From the NCBI GenBank assembly GCA_965649295.1, contig CBFGKH010000009.1:44284-108283 (forward strand): a stretch of DNA of 64,000 nucleotides, given 5' to 3'. The notes beneath the pieces were generated by a model. The model was not told the origin of the DNA. It searched no databases and saw nothing but the letters and a program-made list of their open reading frames with translations. Position 1 is the stretch's first letter; each line of letters opens with the position of its first letter. Both the position numbers and the translations under genes were made by a program. The stretch comes from a candidate division WOR-3 bacterium. GTDB taxonomy: Bacteria; Hydrothermota; Tepidihabitantia; Tepidihabitantales; Tepidihabitantaceae. This document shows, in pieces, positions 49,354 to 59,562 of this stretch.

Positions 49354-50535
49354 TCAAAGTGCAGCAATTATAGCGTCTGTCATCTGTTGAGTCGTGGCCG
49401 CACCGCGAGCAGTTACATCTGGGCCACCGGGCAGACGTAGCATATCGTAAGTACGCACTTTGCCTTCCTTGATGACGCGTGCAACTGCCCGTCGTATGCG
49501 TTGCGCTCTATCGGTCTCACCGATGTGGTCAAGCATCATGCAGGCAGCAAGAATCATGGCAATCGGATTGACAATTGATGGCGACAGCTTCTCATACTTC
49601 GGAGCTGAACCGTGAGTTGGTTCGAACACGGCGACATCGCGTCCGATATTGGCAGAGCAGGCAAAGCCGAGTCCCCCGACGAGACCGGCAAAGCCGTCAG
49701 ATACTATGTCACCGAACATGTTGCCGGCGACGATAACACCGTAGCTCTCCGGATTCTTTGTCAACCACATCATCACCGCATCGATGTTATCAGAACGGAG
49801 AGCGATGCCGGGATAGTCCCTGGCGACTTTCTTGGCTTCAGCTTCCATCATTCCTGAAGTTTCGCGGATGACGTTGGGCTTTTCGCAGACGGTCACCGAA
49901 CTGTAGCCGAACTGGCGAGCGTATTCGAACGCGGCCCGACAGATGCGTTCGCAGGCCTGCCGGGTGAAGATGCGCAGCGATATTGCCATGTCGGCCGATG
50001 GCACGTGCTTGAAGGCCTGCATCTTCTTGTGGGTTTCCAGTGCGCGTCTTACTTCATCGGGCGGATTGGTCCACTCGACACCGACGTATAGACACTCGGT
50101 GTTCTGGCGGAAGATTACGGCGTCAACCTTAGGTTCCTCAAAGCCTCCGTCGTGGCGACGGATGAAGTTGAGGGGATTACCTTCGAATGAGCGGCAGGGG
50201 CGGATACAGATGTCGAGGTCGAAATGCTGGCGCATCGTGACGATGGGCGAGAAGTATTGCAATCCTTTGCCCTGGAGCGACGGATCGAGTTCGGCCTGAG
50301 CCTTGTCCTTGGGCTTTGACGTAATGGCGCCAAAGAGACCAAGTCGGTGGGTCTCGAGCAACTTGACAGTTCGTTCTGGAAAAGCGTTGCCCTCCTTGCA
50401 CCAGAACTCCCAGCCGATATCGCCGTGGACATAATCCGCCGCGAAACCAGCGGCCTCAAGCACGCGAATTGCCTCAGGGAGGACGATCTTGCCGATACCG
50501 TCACCAGGCATGGCTACGATTGTTCGCTTGGCCAC
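49354..50535 (-). CDS. Isocitrate/homoisocitrate/isopropylmalate dehydrogenase family protein
   Basis: PGDGIG, SPIVTMR, RQNTE.LY, NMFGDIVSD, FEPTHGSAPKY, NP.A. Confidence 0.93.
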   Translation of the reverse strand: MAKRTIVAMPGDGIGKIVLPEAIRVLEAAGFAADYVHGDIGWEFWCKEGNAFPERTVKLLETHRLGLFGAITSKPKDKAQAELDPSLQGKGLQYFSPIVTMRQHFDLDICIRPCRSFEGNPLNFIRRHDGGFEEPKVDAVIFRQNTECLYVGVEWTNPPDEVRRALETHKKMQAFKHVPSADMAISLRIFTRQACERICRAAFEYARQFGYSSVTVCEKPNVIRETSGMMEAEAKKVARDYPGIALRSDNIDAVMMWLTKNPESYGVIVAGNMFGDIVSDGFAGLVGGLGFACSANIGRDVAVFEPTHGSAPKYEKLSPSIVNPIAMILAACMMLDHIGETDRAQRIRRAVARVIKEGKVRTYDMLRLPGGPDVTARGAATTQQMTDAIIAAL

Positions 50536-50584
50536 ATTACCTCCGAAGGTTGTAGTTTCTGTGTAGGCTGACTAACGGTGGGCT

Positions 50585-50612
50585 ATTCTAGCCGAGACAC
50601 TTGAGAGGTCAA
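50585..50612 (-). promoter_or_regulatory. Promoter TTGACC-N16-TAGAAT of the dehydrogenase/aconitase/lyase cluster
   Basis: Hexamers read directly; GGAGG SD before GTG. Confidence 0.65.
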
Positions 50613-50629
50613 GCCGGAGAGAACAGCGG

Positions 50630-51688
50630 TTAGCCGGAAACGAGATAGGCCAGGATGAGCCGAATGGTGGCGTCGAGTGACCGACGATGAGTGCGCTCGA
50701 GATTGTGAGAGGCATTGATGCCGGGGCCGATGAGTCCAGTTACAACGTCGGCGCCGGCGCGGACAGCAGCAGCAGCGTCGGAGCCATAGTGGGGATAGAC
50801 ATCAACCCTGTATGGTATGGCAAATTGCTGACAAAGGTCAACAAGGTGCTGGCGCAGACGATAGTCGAATGGGCCGGTTGAGTCCTTGGCGCAGATTGCA
50901 ACCGAGAACTCATCTGACTCTTGTCCCTTGCCGACTGCGCCCATGTCAATGGCGAGGAGCTGGTAGGTACCAGTTGGGATACCAGACGACGCACCTGACC
51001 CGACTTCTTCGGATGTGCTGAAAAGGAAGTGACTGGCGTGGCGCGGTTGCAGCCGATTATCTCGCAAGCACTTGATGGCCGTGACCATGCAGGCAACTCC
51101 GGCCTTGTCATCGAGGTGGCGTGATTTCACAAAGCCGGTGTCAGTCAATTCAAAGCGTGGATCGAAATGGATGTAGTCGCCGGTAGCGATGCCTAGTTGC
51201 TGTAGCTCTTCCTTGGTACTGGCCTCGGCGTCAACGCGGACAACCAGGTTCTCGATCTCACGCGCTGCGTTGACCACGTCCTTGCTGACATGGGCTGACG
51301 GTTTTTCGTAAAGCACGGTGCCACGATAAGACTTTCCGGCTGAGGTTTCGATTGTGCAGTATTCGCCCTCGATCGAACCTGGCGCATAGCCGCCGACTGG
51401 TGTCAGTCGAACCTGACCATCTTTGTCCAGCTCTTTAACCATTGCAGCAAGTGTATCGACGTGAGCAGTCAGGGTGCGATGGGGCCCGGCATCGCGGCCA
51501 GGCATCGAGGCGACGAGAGCACCGCGACTCGTACGGACGTGGCTGATGCCCAACTGGTCAAGTTCGGCCTCCAGTAAGCGGATTGCCGCTTCAGTGTGAC
51601 CGGCCGGGCTGGGAGTGCGGCAGAGTCTCTCGAGTAACTCAACCGTATAGTTGGTGATATCACTGGGAACAGTGAGAGCTGTATCCAA
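50630..51688 (-). CDS. M42 family metallopeptidase
   Basis: PSPAG, AHVDT, SRHLDDKAG, EEVG, DMG, GSDA, SH..ER. Confidence 0.9.
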   Translation of the reverse strand: MDTALTVPSDITNYTVELLERLCRTPSPAGHTEAAIRLLEAELDQLGISHVRTSRGALVASMPGRDAGPHRTLTAHVDTLAAMVKELDKDGQVRLTPVGGYAPGSIEGEYCTIETSAGKSYRGTVLYEKPSAHVSKDVVNAAREIENLVVRVDAEASTKEELQQLGIATGDYIHFDPRFELTDTGFVKSRHLDDKAGVACMVTAIKCLRDNRLQPRHASHFLFSTSEEVGSGASSGIPTGTYQLLAIDMGAVGKGQESDEFSVAICAKDSTGPFDYRLRQHLVDLCQQFAIPYRVDVYPHYGSDAAAAVRAGADVVTGLIGPGINASHNLERTHRRSLDATIRLILAYLVSG

Positions 51689-51697
51689 GTGGAATCC

Positions 51698-52603
51698 CTA
51701 CCAATCTACCAGCGCCGGTACCCAGGAGTTGCCGGCGTCGGTCGTAAAGAGAAGCGTTCTTTCGTCACCGCCAATGATGCCGCGAACCCCGTCGGCAAAG
51801 AAACGGATACTGTAGAGGTCAAAACTGACGCCGGTGTTGAACCGTTCCCAGGTTCTGCCACCGTCACTGGTGTGAACCAGCGTACCCTTAGCACCGCAGG
51901 CGAAACCTTCCATCGTGTCATGGCGAAAGTCAAGCGAGTAGAGCGGCGGCAGAATGAAGTCCATTGGCAGTGGTCGCCACACCTCACCGCCAGAGTCGGT
52001 GAATATCACATGGCCGGAGCTGGTGACGGCAAAGCCCACCACGTCATCAGCCGGGAAGTGAACAGCTAGGATGTTGACGTCTGGTAGCAGACCATTGAGG
52101 TTGTCGGTCTGCGAGAACCAGACAGTGCCACCGGTCGTCGTCTTGAGCAAGGTGCCATTCAGACCGACCGCATAGCCGGTCAACTCGTCGGTCGGGAAGC
52201 ACATGTCCATTATCTTCTGGTCAGTGGCGACAGCAAGCCGCTGCCAAGTCTGTCCGCCGTCGGCGGTGCGAAGAATTACTCCGTTGTCACCAGCACAGAA
52301 TCCGACCTGAGGCGAGACCGGGAATCGAATCGAACGTAGATGTTCAGAAACTCCGGAATTGAGCAGTTTCCAATTTGCGCCGGTGTCCTCGGTTCGCATT
52401 ATCGTACCGTTGTCACCGCAAATGTAGCCGATCGCCCCCTGGCCGGGATAGTTCATCGAATAGAGATTGACCGTTGTCGGGACCGGCCGGCGTTGCCAGG
52501 TGGCGCCACCGTTGGTGGTGCTTAGGCGGAGACCAGCGTCACCGACTGCAGCCGCGAGCAAGGTGTCGTCAAGGGTAAAGACTGAGTTGATGCGGTTCGC
52601 CAT
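51698..52603 (-). CDS. Ycf48-like (BNR repeat) beta-propeller protein
   Basis: Repeated G..G.I..T.DGG.TW blades. Confidence 0.85.
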   Translation of the reverse strand: MANRINSVFTLDDTLLAAAVGDAGLRLSTTNGGATWQRRPVPTTVNLYSMNYPGQGAIGYICGDNGTIMRTEDTGANWKLLNSGVSEHLRSIRFPVSPQVGFCAGDNGVILRTADGGQTWQRLAVATDQKIMDMCFPTDELTGYAVGLNGTLLKTTTGGTVWFSQTDNLNGLLPDVNILAVHFPADDVVGFAVTSSGHVIFTDSGGEVWRPLPMDFILPPLYSLDFRHDTMEGFACGAKGTLVHTSDGGRTWERFNTGVSFDLYSIRFFADGVRGIIGGDERTLLFTTDAGNSWVPALVDW

Positions 52604-52697
52604 CGCCTAGTCATATTGCTCGATTCCGAAGAGGATGTCAAGCCGAGAGCGAGGCTGGTTGACTGGTCAGATGCCGGTTCTATAATCGTCTTACCCA

Positions 52698-54242
52698 ATG
52701 TTGCGTCTGCTATCTGCTGCCGAACTGGGCGAGATTGATCGCCGGGCAGCAACCCAGTTCGGTATTCCGCCAGCAACGTTGATGGAGAATGCCGGCCGGG
52801 CCGTTCTTGCGGCAATGGCCGATTTTCTTGCTGGATTGGCAGAACACAGTTTTGTCGTGGTCTGTGGTCGAGGCAACAACGGTGGCGACGGGTTCGTCGT
52901 TGCCCGGTTGCTGCACGAGGCGGGACTAGCGGTGCGCTGCTTGTTGTTGTGGTCGGCGGACGAGCTACGTGATGATGCGCGCGTCAAGTATTCGCAATTG
53001 GTGGCGAGCGGTTGCCGGATTGAACAGTATGTGCCGGGGATGATTATTGATGCCTGCCGACAGTCAGGGGCAGTCATCGTTGATGCCCTCTTTGGAACCG
53101 GACTGAAGCGACCACCAGCGGGCAAGGCGGCCGAGGCAATTGAGGAGATGAGCACAAGTACTGCGCTGGTTGTTGCCGTTGATGTGCCTTCAGGTGTTGA
53201 TGCTGACACCGGCGCAGCACCAGGCCCGGCTGTACGGGCCGCACTGACCGTGACAATGGGGGCCCAGAAACCCGGGCTCGTGCTCTATCCCGGCCGAGCC
53301 CATGCCGGCCGGGTCATCGTGGCTGATATTGGGTTTCCACCAGAGTTGCTTCAGGGCGGTGATAAGTTTCTGCTTGACGGTGCTGCTGTGCGGACGATGC
53401 TGCCAGCACGCCGGCCGGATGGCCACAAGGGCAGTTTTGGCACGGTGGCAGTCATTGCTGGTTCGGCTGGTTTCTCGGGTGCGGCAATCCTTGCGACGGC
53501 GGCCGCGGTTCGTTCCGGATGCGGGCTTGTTCGTGTTGCCTGTCCGCGTTTGATTGAACCAGTGATTGCTGCTGCAGTTCCGGAAGCAGTGAAGGTGCCG
53601 CTAGGCGACAGTAACGCGGATTGTCTCGGTCCCGAGTCAGGGCCGACGCTTCGCAAGCTGCTTGAGACTGCTGACGCCGTTGCTATCGGCCCAGGGCTGG
53701 GAACTGCTGACCGCACCAGTCAGCTCTTGATTGAGCTTGCTCCGGCAGTCCGCTGTCCGACCGTACTTGACGCTGATGGTTTGAATATCGCTGCGGCCCA
53801 CCCGGAAGTGCTTAGCCGTTTTTCTGCGCCGCTCGTCCTCACTCCTCATCCTGGTGAGTTTGGCCGGCTGACCAGCATGAGCGCCCAGGAAGTCAATTCT
53901 GACCGGATTGGGCACAGCCGTGCTTGGGCCAAGGAGCATTCGGCAACACTTGTCCTAAAGGGAGCTTCAACCGTAATCGCTGACCCGGCCGGTCGAGTAC
54001 TAGTCAATCCAAACGGCAACTCGGGTCTTGGGACCGGCGGCAGCGGCGACATATTGACTGGACTGATCGCTGGCCTCCTTGCGCAGGGTGCCAGTCCGCC
54101 AAATGCGGCTGCTGCGGCTGTCTTCTTACACGGCCTTGCTGCCGATATCGCCGTGCCGGAGATGACAGAATACTGCCTTGGCGCCGGTGACCTGCTGCGC
54201 TATTTGCCGGCTGCCTTTCGGTCGGTTCTGACAAGTAACTGA
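52698..54242 (+). CDS. nnr: Bifunctional NAD(P)HX epimerase/dehydratase
   Basis: LMENAG, GNNGGDG, DALFGTG, DVPSG, HKG.FG, GPGLG, DADG, TPHPGE, GGSGD; promoter TTGACT-N16-TATAAT at 52659-52686. Confidence 0.95.
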   Translation: MLRLLSAAELGEIDRRAATQFGIPPATLMENAGRAVLAAMADFLAGLAEHSFVVVCGRGNNGGDGFVVARLLHEAGLAVRCLLLWSADELRDDARVKYSQLVASGCRIEQYVPGMIIDACRQSGAVIVDALFGTGLKRPPAGKAAEAIEEMSTSTALVVAVDVPSGVDADTGAAPGPAVRAALTVTMGAQKPGLVLYPGRAHAGRVIVADIGFPPELLQGGDKFLLDGAAVRTMLPARRPDGHKGSFGTVAVIAGSAGFSGAAILATAAAVRSGCGLVRVACPRLIEPVIAAAVPEAVKVPLGDSNADCLGPESGPTLRKLLETADAVAIGPGLGTADRTSQLLIELAPAVRCPTVLDADGLNIAAAHPEVLSRFSAPLVLTPHPGEFGRLTSMSAQEVNSDRIGHSRAWAKEHSATLVLKGASTVIADPAGRVLVNPNGNSGLGTGGSGDILTGLIAGLLAQGASPPNAAAAAVFLHGLAADIAVPEMTEYCLGAGDLLRYLPAAFRSVLTSN

Positions 54243-54248
54243 GTTTCA

Positions 54249-55652
54249 ATGGTCGGTTTGCTGCTGCTGGCAACGCTCGAGGCAATTGCTCCGGCACTCC
54301 GCCGTGACTATCCCGCGATGGATGAAGTAAGATGTCTCAGTGTAAGTAGCAGCCGACTCTACATTGGCGTACGGCTGGGGGTCTACGTTGTTGACCGCGC
54401 TGACTACTCCTGTGTCACAGCCGTAACCAGGGCTGATGGGCTATCGGGCGAGGTCAAGCTTTGCTGCCACAACCCGATTCGCAACGAACTGCTGATTCTG
54501 ACCGATGACGGCCTTTACAGCTACATCGAACTAACAGACCTGCTGCGGCGCTTGAAATCGCCACCGGACATTCGTTCGATTGGCGTCAACGATAACGGCG
54601 TCTGGCTCGAAACGGCATCAGGTTACTGGCGTAAGCATCGTTTGCTCGATGAGTTCGAGCCAAGCAATGCTCCGACACGGGCGATATGGTATGGTGCCCG
54701 TGACTCAAGCAGCCCGCGCGACTATTCGTTCCTGGTTCCGTGGGTGGTTCTTGACGAGCAGTTGCAGAGTTTCCCCATGACTCTTGTCCGGTCTGACCCT
54801 TCTGGCCGGCGTCTGTTCGTCGCCACGGCTGGCCGCGGTGTGATTGTCTATGGTCTCCGCAGCGGGCTGGCTGAGCAGCGGGTTCAGTTTGGCCCGGCTG
54901 ATTCACTGCCGGCGCAGTTTCTTGATGATGGTGGCCAGCTCTGGTTGCGTTCACCTAACCGCCTGGTGATGATGAACGGTGACACTAGCTGGCGGTACTA
55001 TTCGACGCAGGCCGGGCTGTGGCTGCCGGCTGATGTTCCGCTTGCCAATCGTGGCCTGCTTGGCGTCGGCCGGCGAGAGAGTATCAACGCAATCTGGCAT
55101 ACTGGTGGCGGTCTTATTGTGGGGACTGATAGCGGTATCTATCAGGTAGCGGATGGGCAAAACCCGTTTTTGCTACTACCAGTCGGTATGCCGGTGCAGG
55201 CCGTCGCCGAACGTGCCGGCCGGGTGTTGTTCGGCACCAGCGTCGGCCTCTTTGCTGTGGACGGCGACAGCGTCGTGCCGGTACAGGACCCATGGTTGCG
55301 CAGTGACTGGGGTATCTGGGCGGTTGCTGGTTCGGCTCAAGACCGGCTTTGGTTTGGAGTTCGGGGAGGAGTATTGGGGCTAGACACAAACGATGTCTGG
55401 AATTTCTTCGTGCCGCCAGGGTTTGACCTTGAGCAGCCGGTTCAGGCCCTGGCCAATTTTGACAATCTGGTTTTCGCTGCCGGCGGTTCACGCGTGGCAA
55501 TCGGCAATGTCACCAACGGGACCTGGACCTTCCTTGATGAGCAGAACGGTCTTGGGCCTGGCAAGGTCACGTCGCTATTTGCTGACTCAACCGGACTCTG
55601 GGTTGCCCAGCCAGGACTGATTACTTACATCAGTCGCCGGGCACTGCAATGA
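54249..55652 (+). CDS. Hypothetical beta-propeller protein
   Basis: 467-aa ORF with (L/V)(W/F).GT..G(L/V) blade repeats. Confidence 0.7.
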   Translation: MVGLLLLATLEAIAPALRRDYPAMDEVRCLSVSSSRLYIGVRLGVYVVDRADYSCVTAVTRADGLSGEVKLCCHNPIRNELLILTDDGLYSYIELTDLLRRLKSPPDIRSIGVNDNGVWLETASGYWRKHRLLDEFEPSNAPTRAIWYGARDSSSPRDYSFLVPWVVLDEQLQSFPMTLVRSDPSGRRLFVATAGRGVIVYGLRSGLAEQRVQFGPADSLPAQFLDDGGQLWLRSPNRLVMMNGDTSWRYYSTQAGLWLPADVPLANRGLLGVGRRESINAIWHTGGGLIVGTDSGIYQVADGQNPFLLLPVGMPVQAVAERAGRVLFGTSVGLFAVDGDSVVPVQDPWLRSDWGIWAVAGSAQDRLWFGVRGGVLGLDTNDVWNFFVPPGFDLEQPVQALANFDNLVFAAGGSRVAIGNVTNGTWTFLDEQNGLGPGKVTSLFADSTGLWVAQPGLITYISRRALQ

Positions 55653-55681
55653 CTCGGCGCCCGCCGCGGCGGGCGCCGAGT
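55652..55681. terminator. Perfect 30-bp GC-rich palindrome between convergent genes (probable bidirectional terminator)
   Basis: ACTCGGCGCCCGCCG/CGGCGGGCGCCGAGT is self-complementary. Confidence 0.6.
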
Positions 55682-55697
55682 GGTTGTGGGAGCCTGA

Positions 55698-56141
55698 TTA
55701 GGCAGGCTCGCGCACCTTGACGCCTGCTTCCTTCAACATTTTACGGGCGAACCTGTCCGGATACTTGTTGCCAACGACAAACTCACGGATACCGGCATTG
55801 ATGAGCATCTTTGCGCAAGTGATGCACGGTTCATGGGTGCAGTAGAGCACAGCACCGGCAACACTCACTCCGAACGTTGCCGCCTGCACTAGGGCGTTCT
55901 GTTCGGCATGAATGCCACGACAGACCTCGATGCGTTCAGCTGGCTTGATGCCAAGTCGCTCACGAATACAACCAACTTCTTCACAATGAGCCAAACCATG
56001 GGCAGCACCGTTGTAACCGGTGCAGAGAATCCGCTTGTCCCGTACCAGGACAGCACCCACCTTTCGACGCAGGCAGGTCGAGCGTTCGCTCACCAGTTGG
56101 GCGATGTCGAGGAAGTAGCAGTCCCAGGACTTGCGTTTCAC
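55698..56141 (-). CDS. dCMP deaminase family protein
   Basis: RSTC.R..VGA, GYNG, HAEQNA, PC..C. Confidence 0.93.
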   Translation of the reverse strand: MKRKSWDCYFLDIAQLVSERSTCLRRKVGAVLVRDKRILCTGYNGAAHGLAHCEEVGCIRERLGIKPAERIEVCRGIHAEQNALVQAATFGVSVAGAVLYCTHEPCITCAKMLINAGIREFVVGNKYPDRFARKMLKEAGVKVREPA

Positions 56142-59100
56142 TAGCGGGTGAAGACGACCTTGGTCGTTGACAGCTCAGAGTCATTCTGGAGCTGCAGCCA
56201 ATAGACGCCTGCCGCGAGCCTGGTGCCAGTGGCGTCACACCCATCCCAGATTAGCTGATGTCTGCCAGCCGACTGCTGTCCCTCGAAGAGCAGTCGTATC
56301 CGTCGGCCGCTGTTATCATAGACGGCGACCTGTGTCCGTTCGGGTCTCGTCAGGACATAGCCAATGTGGATAGTGCCGCCTACCGGATTACTGTTTACCC
56401 AGAGTCGTTGCGACCGACCAGGTTCAGGTTGGTCAGCTACCACGACGCCGGTCGGGTCGTCGGTTGCGAACTTGATTGCCCGATTCGGTTCAATTGCGGC
56501 GCAGCCACGGCTATAGGCTCCATCAAAGAGGCACTGAATCGCGATGGTTCGAGTTGGGTCCTGCTCACCAACCGTGCATGAGGTCAGGTCCGACACAATC
56601 TGATACTGGACTACCGCCTTGCAATTGCCATCACCGGCTGCGAGTGTCGTATCGTAGAGAATCAGTTGGAACTTCTGGAAGGCTGTCCGATTCCGATACA
56701 AGGGCACCGAGTCATACTCGACGATGAAACGGTGATTGGTCGCGTCGTGGTAATACCAGACTCCACCACCGGTCGGCGGATAGAGGTCATCCCAGTAGAG
56801 GCAGAACATCGGCGGCAGCGAAGTGTTGGGCAGCGACGTGTTGGTATAGGCCGAACTCGTTGTCGTACCCAGACCAACCCAGCCATTGGAGCAGACTGCC
56901 AGTTGGTTGTAGTTCTGGCCGTAGAATCGGAACGGGCCAAAGCCACTCGGCAGGCTGACCGTTGCGGTCTGGTCATCAGACAAGGTCAGCCGCGTTCCGA
57001 TGTTGGCAATTTCTACCCAGTTGTAGGTTGGTCGAGCTGAATAGCCCACGTCAACATCGTCGTAAGCCCAGTAGAGCGCTGGGGTGCGCGGTCCATCCGG
57101 GATCGGGTCAATCGGCCTTATCTCACCAACTACAATCTCAAATCCGATGCTGTCCTCATAATCGGTACCGCTGAGGTAGATGGTCATCCGGGCGCTGTGC
57201 TCGCGCGGCGTATTTGGCGCTGCGGCAATGCGGAAAGGTGAGGCTGTGTTTGTTCGCACAGAATCTGGCGCCATCGCGCCATACTGGGCTATTGACTCTT
57301 GGATGCTGACAAACCCATCGCTCGTCCGCAGCACCGCACTAAGGGCTGCCAGCCCAACACGGCCGGCATTCTTCAAGGTAACTAGCAGGCCGGCGGTCTC
57401 GCCCGGGTCAAGCTTGCCGTCGTTGTTGCCGCCGGGGGGCGAATCGAGCACTGTCTTTGTCTCATAGACGATTGCCGGCGCGTTGACGACAACTGCCTCA
57501 ACAGCATCAAGGTCAAACCCGGCATATGGGCCAGTGCCGCCATTGCCATCGTCGCGGATGCGCACAAATCGAGCAATAGCTTGGCCAGCCGCACTCAGGT
57601 CATAACCTTGGGTGCCGGTGCCGAACCCGACATAGCGCCACGGTCCAAGCCAGTTGTTGCTAACAAAGACGCTGCAAGCCTCAGGGTCGCCGTCGTCTTC
57701 GACAACAAAGAAGTCATAGCCGGGGCCGTTGACGATTGGCGTGTTTGCTCCCATATCAAGGGTAACGAACCCGCCATTGCCCAGTGAGAAGCGACGGCTG
57801 TCGCGGCGACCCAAAGCCCAGCAGGCATTGGTCGGATTGGAGTTGGCTGGCGACTGAGCTATCTTGCAGGTATTGACCTTGAAGGCGCAGACCGGCGCGG
57901 TGCTGTCCGGCGGCAGCGTGATGTTCACGACCACATAGGTGTCGGCTGGAACCACGATGCCACTAATCGTCCGGCTCGCATAGCCGTTGGCTATTGCTGT
58001 TACACTATAAGTGCCGGGTCGCAGGTTCTTGTGATAAAAGCCAATGGCGTCGGTATAGGTGAACCAGCCCGGTGGATTGACCTCGATTCGGGCCGCAACT
58101 GGTTGGCCGGTGACCGAATCAGTAACATAACCACGGATACCCCAGGCCACGCGGACAATCTGTTCCCTCATTGCCGTCCAGTTGGCACGGTTGATGGTAT
58201 CAATTTGCGAAGGCGGGCTGGGCTGGCCATCACAGACCTCAATTGCGTAGCCGAGCGCACCGCGTGCACCGTAATACCAGTCGGTTGAACCGCCGTTGAC
58301 TGAGTAGAGGACGCGTGCTATCTGGCCGCTCGGATAGTTGCAGATGGTGCCGTAGCGGTTCATCTCATAGGCGTGGATAATCGAATCCATCGTCGCCAAT
58401 GTCGTGTAGCCCCACGGTTGCATCGCCAGCTCAGTACCCGAATGGTACTGACTCCACGCTGCCATCGGATATTCCTCGGCAAGATGGTAGAACGCCTGCA
58501 CCTCGGTTTCCTGAAATGGCACCGCGCCGCCGCCAGCCCCTTCGTCAAATGCATACCCGTAATCCCGGTTCATATCAATGCCGTGGTCGTTGTAGCGCGA
58601 GCGTGAGACGAGGCCGTCAGGGTTGCTCATCGGGATGAGCCATATCTCCCGTTCGTTCACCAGATAGGTTACGAGCGGGTCAACCCCGTAGTTCTGCAAC
58701 AACTGCTTCATCACATGGTCAGCAATCTCACAGCCGTTGTTCTCATTACCGTGAATCGAGAAGTCAAAGCAGATGCGTGGCTCGCCCTCCATGACATCGG
58801 GATTGTCAGTAATCTTCATTGCGACAAGCAGCCGGCCGCCGGCCGAGGTGCCGATCGTGTCAAACCGGCAAATGTTCGGATACTGAGCAGCAATCATTCC
58901 CCAAGTATCGCGGAAGTAAACGTAAGAATGGAAGTAGGCGTCGAACTCCATTGCCCGGGCACGAACGTCCGGCACCAACACCTCGACACGGTAGCCTTTA
59001 GCCAAGAGCTCTTCGTAAACCGGCTTCTGCACGGCGCCGATAAACCACTCTGGCGTGGCTGCGTAGAACTCAAGCACCTGCTGGCGGAAGGTCTGCACCT

Positions 59101-59215
59101 GTCCTGGTGTAGCATAGACCTTCACCTTCATCTCTGGAATCTCAAGCCAGCTCTGCCCCAAGGTAGGGGAGAGGAAAACAAGGCCGACCAGGGCCAAAAT
59201 GACAACTCTGCTCAC
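56141..59215 (-). CDS. Secreted M14 zinc carboxypeptidase with accessory domains and FlgD/T9SS-type CTD
   Basis: IHGNE, NPDG, NRDY, YHSG, G.S.DW.Y, IEV; C-terminal WDG.D..G..L.AGVY. Confidence 0.9.
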   Translation of the reverse strand: MSRVVILALVGLVFLSPTLGQSWLEIPEMKVKVYATPGQVQTFRQQVLEFYAATPEWFIGAVQKPVYEELLAKGYRVEVLVPDVRARAMEFDAYFHSYVYFRDTWGMIAAQYPNICRFDTIGTSAGGRLLVAMKITDNPDVMEGEPRICFDFSIHGNENNGCEIADHVMKQLLQNYGVDPLVTYLVNEREIWLIPMSNPDGLVSRSRYNDHGIDMNRDYGYAFDEGAGGGAVPFQETEVQAFYHLAEEYPMAAWSQYHSGTELAMQPWGYTTLATMDSIIHAYEMNRYGTICNYPSGQIARVLYSVNGGSTDWYYGARGALGYAIEVCDGQPSPPSQIDTINRANWTAMREQIVRVAWGIRGYVTDSVTGQPVAARIEVNPPGWFTYTDAIGFYHKNLRPGTYSVTAIANGYASRTISGIVVPADTYVVVNITLPPDSTAPVCAFKVNTCKIAQSPANSNPTNACWALGRRDSRRFSLGNGGFVTLDMGANTPIVNGPGYDFFVVEDDGDPEACSVFVSNNWLGPWRYVGFGTGTQGYDLSAAGQAIARFVRIRDDGNGGTGPYAGFDLDAVEAVVVNAPAIVYETKTVLDSPPGGNNDGKLDPGETAGLLVTLKNAGRVGLAALSAVLRTSDGFVSIQESIAQYGAMAPDSVRTNTASPFRIAAAPNTPREHSARMTIYLSGTDYEDSIGFEIVVGEIRPIDPIPDGPRTPALYWAYDDVDVGYSARPTYNWVEIANIGTRLTLSDDQTATVSLPSGFGPFRFYGQNYNQLAVCSNGWVGLGTTTSSAYTNTSLPNTSLPPMFCLYWDDLYPPTGGGVWYYHDATNHRFIVEYDSVPLYRNRTAFQKFQLILYDTTLAAGDGNCKAVVQYQIVSDLTSCTVGEQDPTRTIAIQCLFDGAYSRGCAAIEPNRAIKFATDDPTGVVVADQPEPGRSQRLWVNSNPVGGTIHIGYVLTRPERTQVAVYDNSGRRIRLLFEGQQSAGRHQLIWDGCDATGTRLAAGVYWLQLQNDSELSTTKVVFTR

Positions 59216-59510
59216 CGGGCCTCCTGTAGTGTTAGGTTCTGGTTAGATTGTAGGCCTGACCGCAGGCCTGTAAAGAGAAATCGGAGCCAATCATCACATT
59301 GGGCCCGACACTGGTACTAACACCGATTGGGACACGCCGCAACTATCTCATCAGCTCATAGAACTGGAGAGGGTAGATGGGACTGTCCGGGGGATGACCC
59401 CCCAAATTCTCACCATGACAGCTAACTAATCTTACTACAAGCAGATGGCCGAATAAGTTGGCAGTATTCTTAGTGTACTATGAAGTACACAATCGCAGCT
59501 AGCTGGTCAC

Positions 59511-59545
59511 AAAAGCTGCAGGGGCGTCTTTGACGTCCCTGCAGC
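59511..59545 (-). terminator. Intrinsic terminator after 59563-60186
   Basis: GCTGCAGGGACGTC-AAA-GACGCCCCTGCAGC followed by TTTT on the minus strand. Confidence 0.75.
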
Positions 59546-59562
59546 ATAACGGTCAGGTTTGA

